Source: Fimbriimonadales bacterium
Lineage (GTDB): Bacteria; Armatimonadota; Fimbriimonadia; Fimbriimonadales; ATM1
Assembly (NCBI GenBank): GCA_051003155.1
Contig: JBPCLO010000026.1
Location: 160,001-224,000, forward strand
Reading direction: 5' to 3'
Length of the DNA stretch: 64,000 bases
The notes under the pieces were generated by a model that saw nothing but the letters and a program-made list of their open reading frames with translations, was not told where the DNA came from and searched no databases. The position numbers and the translations under genes were made by a program. This document shows, piece by piece, positions 59,580 through 64,000 of the stretch; position 1 is the first letter of the stretch, and each line of letters begins with the position of its first letter.

Positions 59580-60803
59580 ATGGATCGAAGGGTGCTGGTT
59601 GTTGGCTCCGGCGCTGCCGGGATCATCGCCGCTTGGAAGGCGGCAAGCGACGGCGCATCAGTCACGCTTCTAGAAAAGACGCCTCGAATCGGAACGAAAA
59701 TTCTGATCTCCGGCGGTGGGAAGTGCAACATCACCCACGGCGGGCCGATCGAAGATCTTCTGAGTGCGTTCAGGCCCAACGAGGCCCGCTTCATCCGGCC
59801 GGCTTGCTATCGCTTTACCAACGATGAGATCATCCGTATGCTTACGTCGCGAGGGCTAAGGGTTTACACACGGCCGGACGGTCGAATTTTCCCGGTGGAC
59901 GCCACGGCAAAGGACGTGGTCGCGATTCTCGGTTCCTTTCTGCGTGATGCCGGAGTGCTTGTTCGCTTGAAAACGGCGGCGACATCGCTCGTTGCCGAAG
60001 ATCGGCAGGTTCGAGGCGTCCGCACAGACGCGGACGTGCTGACGGCCGACGCCGTGATCCTGTCGGTCGGCGGCAGTTCGTATCCGAACAGCGGGACGAC
60101 CGGAGACGGTTGGCCGTGGGCGAAGGCTCTTGGACACAAAATCGTACCGGTCAAATCCGCTCTCGCACCAATCGACCTCAAGGAACGTGCCCTTCCGGTA
60201 GGGGTGGCGCTGCGCGATTGCGTCCTCAAAGCCCGGTCCAACGACAAGGAGTTCGCGCGATGGCGCGGCGACCTTCTGTTCACCCACCACGGCGTATCCG
60301 GCCCGTGCGCACTCGGCATCAGCCGTGAGGTCGCCGAGGCTGGCGGCGTTTCACTTGAAGCCGACGTCGCCCCGAACGAAGGTTTTGAGGAGCTTGGCCA
60401 ACGCCTCGTAAACTATTGCCGTGAGAACCCGAAGAAGCAAGTTTCCGGCGCCATCGCGGAGCTCGTCCCCGAAAGCATCGTCGAAGTAGTATTCGATCGC
60501 GCCGAAGTCGGGCGCGAAACAATGTGTTCAAATCTCGATCGGAAGGCGCGCAACCGAATCGTCGCAACCTTGAAGGCGTTGCCGCTGGGTCAAGTTAATA
60601 GAGTGCCGCTTGAAAAAGGAGAGGTCGTGTCGGGCGGCGTTTCTCTAGACGAGGTCGACCCGCACACGATGCGGTCTTTGAAAGCCGAGGGCCTCTACCT
60701 ATGTGGCGAGATGCTCGACATTGCAGGCCCAGTCGGCGGCTACAATCTGCAAGCCGCTTTTGCCACAGGATTCGTCGCAGGCGAATCGGCTGCGTGCTCT
60801 TAA
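59580..60803 (+). CDS. HI0933/YhiN family flavoprotein
   Basis: GSGAAG, KILISGGGKCNITH, LFTHHGVSGP, GGYNLQAA. Confidence 0.93.
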   Translation: MDRRVLVVGSGAAGIIAAWKAASDGASVTLLEKTPRIGTKILISGGGKCNITHGGPIEDLLSAFRPNEARFIRPACYRFTNDEIIRMLTSRGLRVYTRPDGRIFPVDATAKDVVAILGSFLRDAGVLVRLKTAATSLVAEDRQVRGVRTDADVLTADAVILSVGGSSYPNSGTTGDGWPWAKALGHKIVPVKSALAPIDLKERALPVGVALRDCVLKARSNDKEFARWRGDLLFTHHGVSGPCALGISREVAEAGGVSLEADVAPNEGFEELGQRLVNYCRENPKKQVSGAIAELVPESIVEVVFDRAEVGRETMCSNLDRKARNRIVATLKALPLGQVNRVPLEKGEVVSGGVSLDEVDPHTMRSLKAEGLYLCGEMLDIAGPVGGYNLQAAFATGFVAGESAACS

Positions 60804-60902
60804 CCTTCTGATAATTAGTTCAAGAAGGTTTCTTCGCGGATGGCTCCCAACATCATTCCGGGCCGACGAATCGACCCCACACAACCCAAGGAGGCATCCA
60901 TC

Positions 60903-62346
60903 TTGAAGCATCTTCATCAGAATCGAGCCGTGCTGATTGCGGCCCTGGCCCTTTGCGCTGCGGGCTCGCAGGCTCAACTAAGAGGTCCGAGCAGCTCGCA
61001 GGATCCGTACATCCTGCCCGCCGCTGGACGCGTTGAGACCATTTCAATCATCACCGTGGGCGACTTCGTCAACTTGAAGCCGGACGGCAGCCCCTACTAC
61101 TTGGTCGGTATTCCCGACGGCATGGGCGCCTGGTCAGGAGGCAAAGGCGCATTCAACCTGCTCGTCAACCATGAATTAAGGGGTATCCAGGGCACCGCGC
61201 GCAGACATGGCGAGATCGGAGCGTTTGTTTCGCAGTGGAACATCGACTCGAAGACACTTCGCGTCGTGGGGGGCCATGATCTGATTCATACCGTAAACAT
61301 CGTCAACGGAGACGGTGTGCTCAGGCGCCTCTGCTCGGCCGATCTTGCAGCACAAGGAGCTTTTTACTATCCCGAAGGCCAAGTTGGAACCGAGATCAAA
61401 TTGTTTCTGAACGGCGAAGAAGACGACGATGGCCGCGCGTTCGCGCACATCGTCGATGGAAGTCTTGGTGGCACCAGCTATGAGCTTCCCTTATTCGGAA
61501 AGCAGGCATGGGAGAACGTTGTCGCCTGCCCGACGCCTCAGGATAAGACTCTGGTGATCGCCATCGACGACACGACTCCCGGCCAGGTGTTTGCATACAT
61601 TGGTACGAAGCAGGCCGACGGCCTTCCGCACGAGAAGGCAGGACTCACCAACGGATCCCAATGGGGAATCCGTGTCCCGAACGTAGTTGAAGAGAGCCGC
61701 GAGACCGGCCTCAACGGCGAGACACGATTCGAACTCGCGGAACTCGGCGACGTTTCGGGCTTAAGCGAGGATGAGTTGAACGCTCTGTGCGATACCGCCG
61801 GCGTTACCCGCTTCCTCCGTCCCGAAGATGGATCTTGGGACCCGACATCGCCCAATGACTTCTACTTCGTGACGACGGACCGGTTCGACAATAACGAGCA
61901 GGAGGGCCGCAGCCGGCTGTATCGCTTGCGCTTCGACGATATCTCGAACCCGGGCAGCGGGCGGCGAGATCGAGGCGCTTCTCGACGGCACCGAAGGGCA
62001 ACAGATGATGGACAACATGACGATCGACAGATTTGGCAATGTCCTCATCCAAGAGGATCCGGGTAACCAAGAGCACATCGCCAAGGTCTGGAACTACTCG
62101 ATCGGAACCAACGAAATGGTAACGATCGCGGAACACAACCCATTCTTCTTCTTCGGCGAAAACGCGCTGACGCGAGACGAAGAGTCTTCGGGAATCATCG
62201 ACGCCAGAGACTTGATCGGTCCCGGCTGATTCCTGCTTAATACGCAGGCCCACTACACCGTTCAGCACTTCTCGGCCAGGGGTTACGCGGAACTGGTCCA
62301 AGGCGGCCAACTCATGGCTCTCTACAATCCCGCCTCCAACCGATAA
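60903..62346 (+). pseudogene. PhoX/DUF839-like alkaline phosphatase, frameshift near 61955 and TGA at 62227-62229
   Basis: PDGMG, VNHE, RLCSA, NGEE, WEN, RPEDG; then in another frame MDN, IQED, ESSG, G*FLLNTQAH, GGQL. Confidence 0.82.
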
Positions 62347-62488
62347 CTCACACCCAACGCGGTGGACACTTTGGAGAGGTGGCCGCCGCGGCGCTCGGTC
62401 GCAAACGGCAGCCATTTTTCCCAATGACCCACTCGACGCCTTGCCGAGTATTGCAATCTGCCCTCAGTCGCGCCAGAATGGTATTTCG

Positions 62489-64000
62489 ATGCTGCTTTTA
62501 CCACTCCTTGCGCTTGTCAGCCAACTTGACCTGACCTTTGACCCGGGTCCCAATCCGCTACTGCTCCAGCACCCCACGATCAATGAATGGCAAATCGTTT
62601 TCCAGTTCGCGGGAGACCTGTGGTCGGTTCCTCGATCCGGCGGAGATGCGAGCCGTTTGACAAGCTCGCCCGGCGTCGAGTCCGCGCCTTTCTTCTCCCC
62701 AGATGGACGAACCGTCGCCTTTACGGGCCAATACGACGGGAATACGGACGTGTTTATCGTGCCGGCTGGTGGAGGAGTACCGAAGAGGCTCACCTATCAC
62801 CCTTCGGGAGACCAAGTCATCGGTTGGACGCGGGACGGCAAGGCGGTCGTGTTCGCTTCGGCTATGCTATCGAATACCGATTCTCCTCGGATGTTCACGG
62901 TCAGCACGAGCAGCGGGGTGCCGGTCGCGCTTCCCCTTCCGGAAGGCACAATGGCCGATTTTTCACCCGACGGCCAGTCCCTTGCGTATGTCCCGGGATT
63001 CAAATGGCAGGACGCATGGAAGCGGTATCGTGGTGGCCAAGCATACGCGATTTGGATCGCCCGAATGTCGGATTCGAAAGTGTATGAGATACCCCGCAAG
63101 GGCTGGAACGACTTCATGCCGATGTGGGTTGGCGACAAGGTCTACTATCTCTCCGATCCGAAGGGCCCGGTGGGTCTCTTCAACTACGACATCGATGCGA
63201 AGCGCGTTTCTGAAGTCATCCCAGGAAACGGCTTCGACATAAAGTCGGCCTGCGCGGGGCCGGGCGCTATCGTTTATGAGAAGCTTGGTTCGATTCATCT
63301 GTACGATCTCGCAACAAAGAAGTCGAGCCGTGTGCCTATCGATGTTCGCGGCGATTTTCTGGAGGTTCGCCCCGCTTTCAAGAGCGTCGGCTTCAACCTA
63401 ACCGGAGCCAGTATTTCGCCGACCGGGCAACGGGCGGTTGTCTCCGCTAGAGGTTGGATTTTCACGGTTCCCGCGGATAAGGGAGATGCCCGATTGCTCA
63501 ACGACAAGCAAGGCGTTCACCGACGCGACCCTGCATGGTCACCCGATGCAAAGACCATCGCGTACATAACCGACCAAGCGGGCCGGCAGCAAATGGCGCT
63601 CTATGACGCCACGACGAACAAGGAGAAGCTCGTAGACCTCGGCGACTCTCCTGCCTATTACTTCGGCCCCAACTGGTCACCGGATTCCAAGAGCATTTCC
63701 TATAACGACAACCGAAACCAGCTTTGGATTCTTGACGTTGTCTCGGGCAAGAACGCGCTCGTCGATCAGTCCACATACACCGACCCCTATGTGAGTATGG
63801 GCGCACGCTGGTCGCCTGATTCGAAGTGGCTGACATGGGCCCGCGACTTGGACAGCCACATGCAAGCCGTGTACGTGTACGATGTCACGATCGCCAATAA
63901 GACCCGCGTTACCGACGGCCTTTCAAACGCGAAGAGTCCCATTTTCGATCGGGACGGCAAGCATTTGTACTTTTTCGCAAGCACGAACGCGGGCCCATCG
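62489..64000 (+). CDS. Tricorn-like S41 protease (runs off window end)
   Basis: Manual translation LLQHPTI...IVFQFAGDLWSV...SPDGRTVAFTGQYDGNTDVF...RLTYHP...WKRYRGG; absent from ORF track. Confidence 0.9.
   Translation, partial: MLLLPLLALVSQLDLTFDPGPNPLLLQHPTINEWQIVFQFAGDLWSVPRSGGDASRLTSSPGVESAPFFSPDGRTVAFTGQYDGNTDVFIVPAGGGVPKRLTYHPSGDQVIGWTRDGKAVVFASAMLSNTDSPRMFTVSTSSGVPVALPLPEGTMADFSPDGQSLAYVPGFKWQDAWKRYRGGQAYAIWIARMSDSKVYEIPRKGWNDFMPMWVGDKVYYLSDPKGPVGLFNYDIDAKRVSEVIPGNGFDIKSACAGPGAIVYEKLGSIHLYDLATKKSSRVPIDVRGDFLEVRPAFKSVGFNLTGASISPTGQRAVVSARGWIFTVPADKGDARLLNDKQGVHRRDPAWSPDAKTIAYITDQAGRQQMALYDATTNKEKLVDLGDSPAYYFGPNWSPDSKSISYNDNRNQLWILDVVSGKNALVDQSTYTDPYVSMGARWSPDSKWLTWARDLDSHMQAVYVYDVTIANKTRVTDGLSNAKSPIFDRDGKHLYFFASTNAGPS

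Noticed and set aside
62227..62229. TGA read as Trp (alternative genetic code) or as Sec
   Set aside because: TGA is the normal stop of many intact genes here and TGG encodes Trp throughout; the gene also has a frameshift, and the nearby hairpin loop is only about 7 nt from the TGA

Overview
Mostly housekeeping DNA from a GC-rich diderm bacterium (kdsA, kdsB, five PEP-CTERM genes; gene style suggests Armatimonadota, which is inference). Core genes: rplT (partial), proS, rqcH, ilvE, alr, dsbD, rpsO-pnp, gcvH, nuoB-nuoI, ispH, aroC, surE, aspartokinase, aroF, rpsL-rpsG, rel-dtd and tRNA-Leu. Small accessory patches lie between them. The best hidden signal is a probable exported selenoprotein that the ORF track splits in two (41823-42809, minus strand). 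It fuses a LolA/DUF2092-like domain to a thioredoxin whose active site reads W-[TGA]-G-Y-C, and a SECIS-like hairpin follows the TGA. Other highlights: a damaged tRNA-Sec next to a prophage remnant; a second in-frame TGA followed by a hairpin in an oxidoreductase; a 1.25 kb PEP-CTERM islet bounded by a diverged duplicate of the aroC promoter and 5' end; a -10 box placed 6-9 nt before the start codon in many genes (leaderless pattern); and several single-base frameshifts that may be assembly errors. No CRISPR array, rRNA, integrase or transposase was seen. All product calls come from motif recognition, not database searches.
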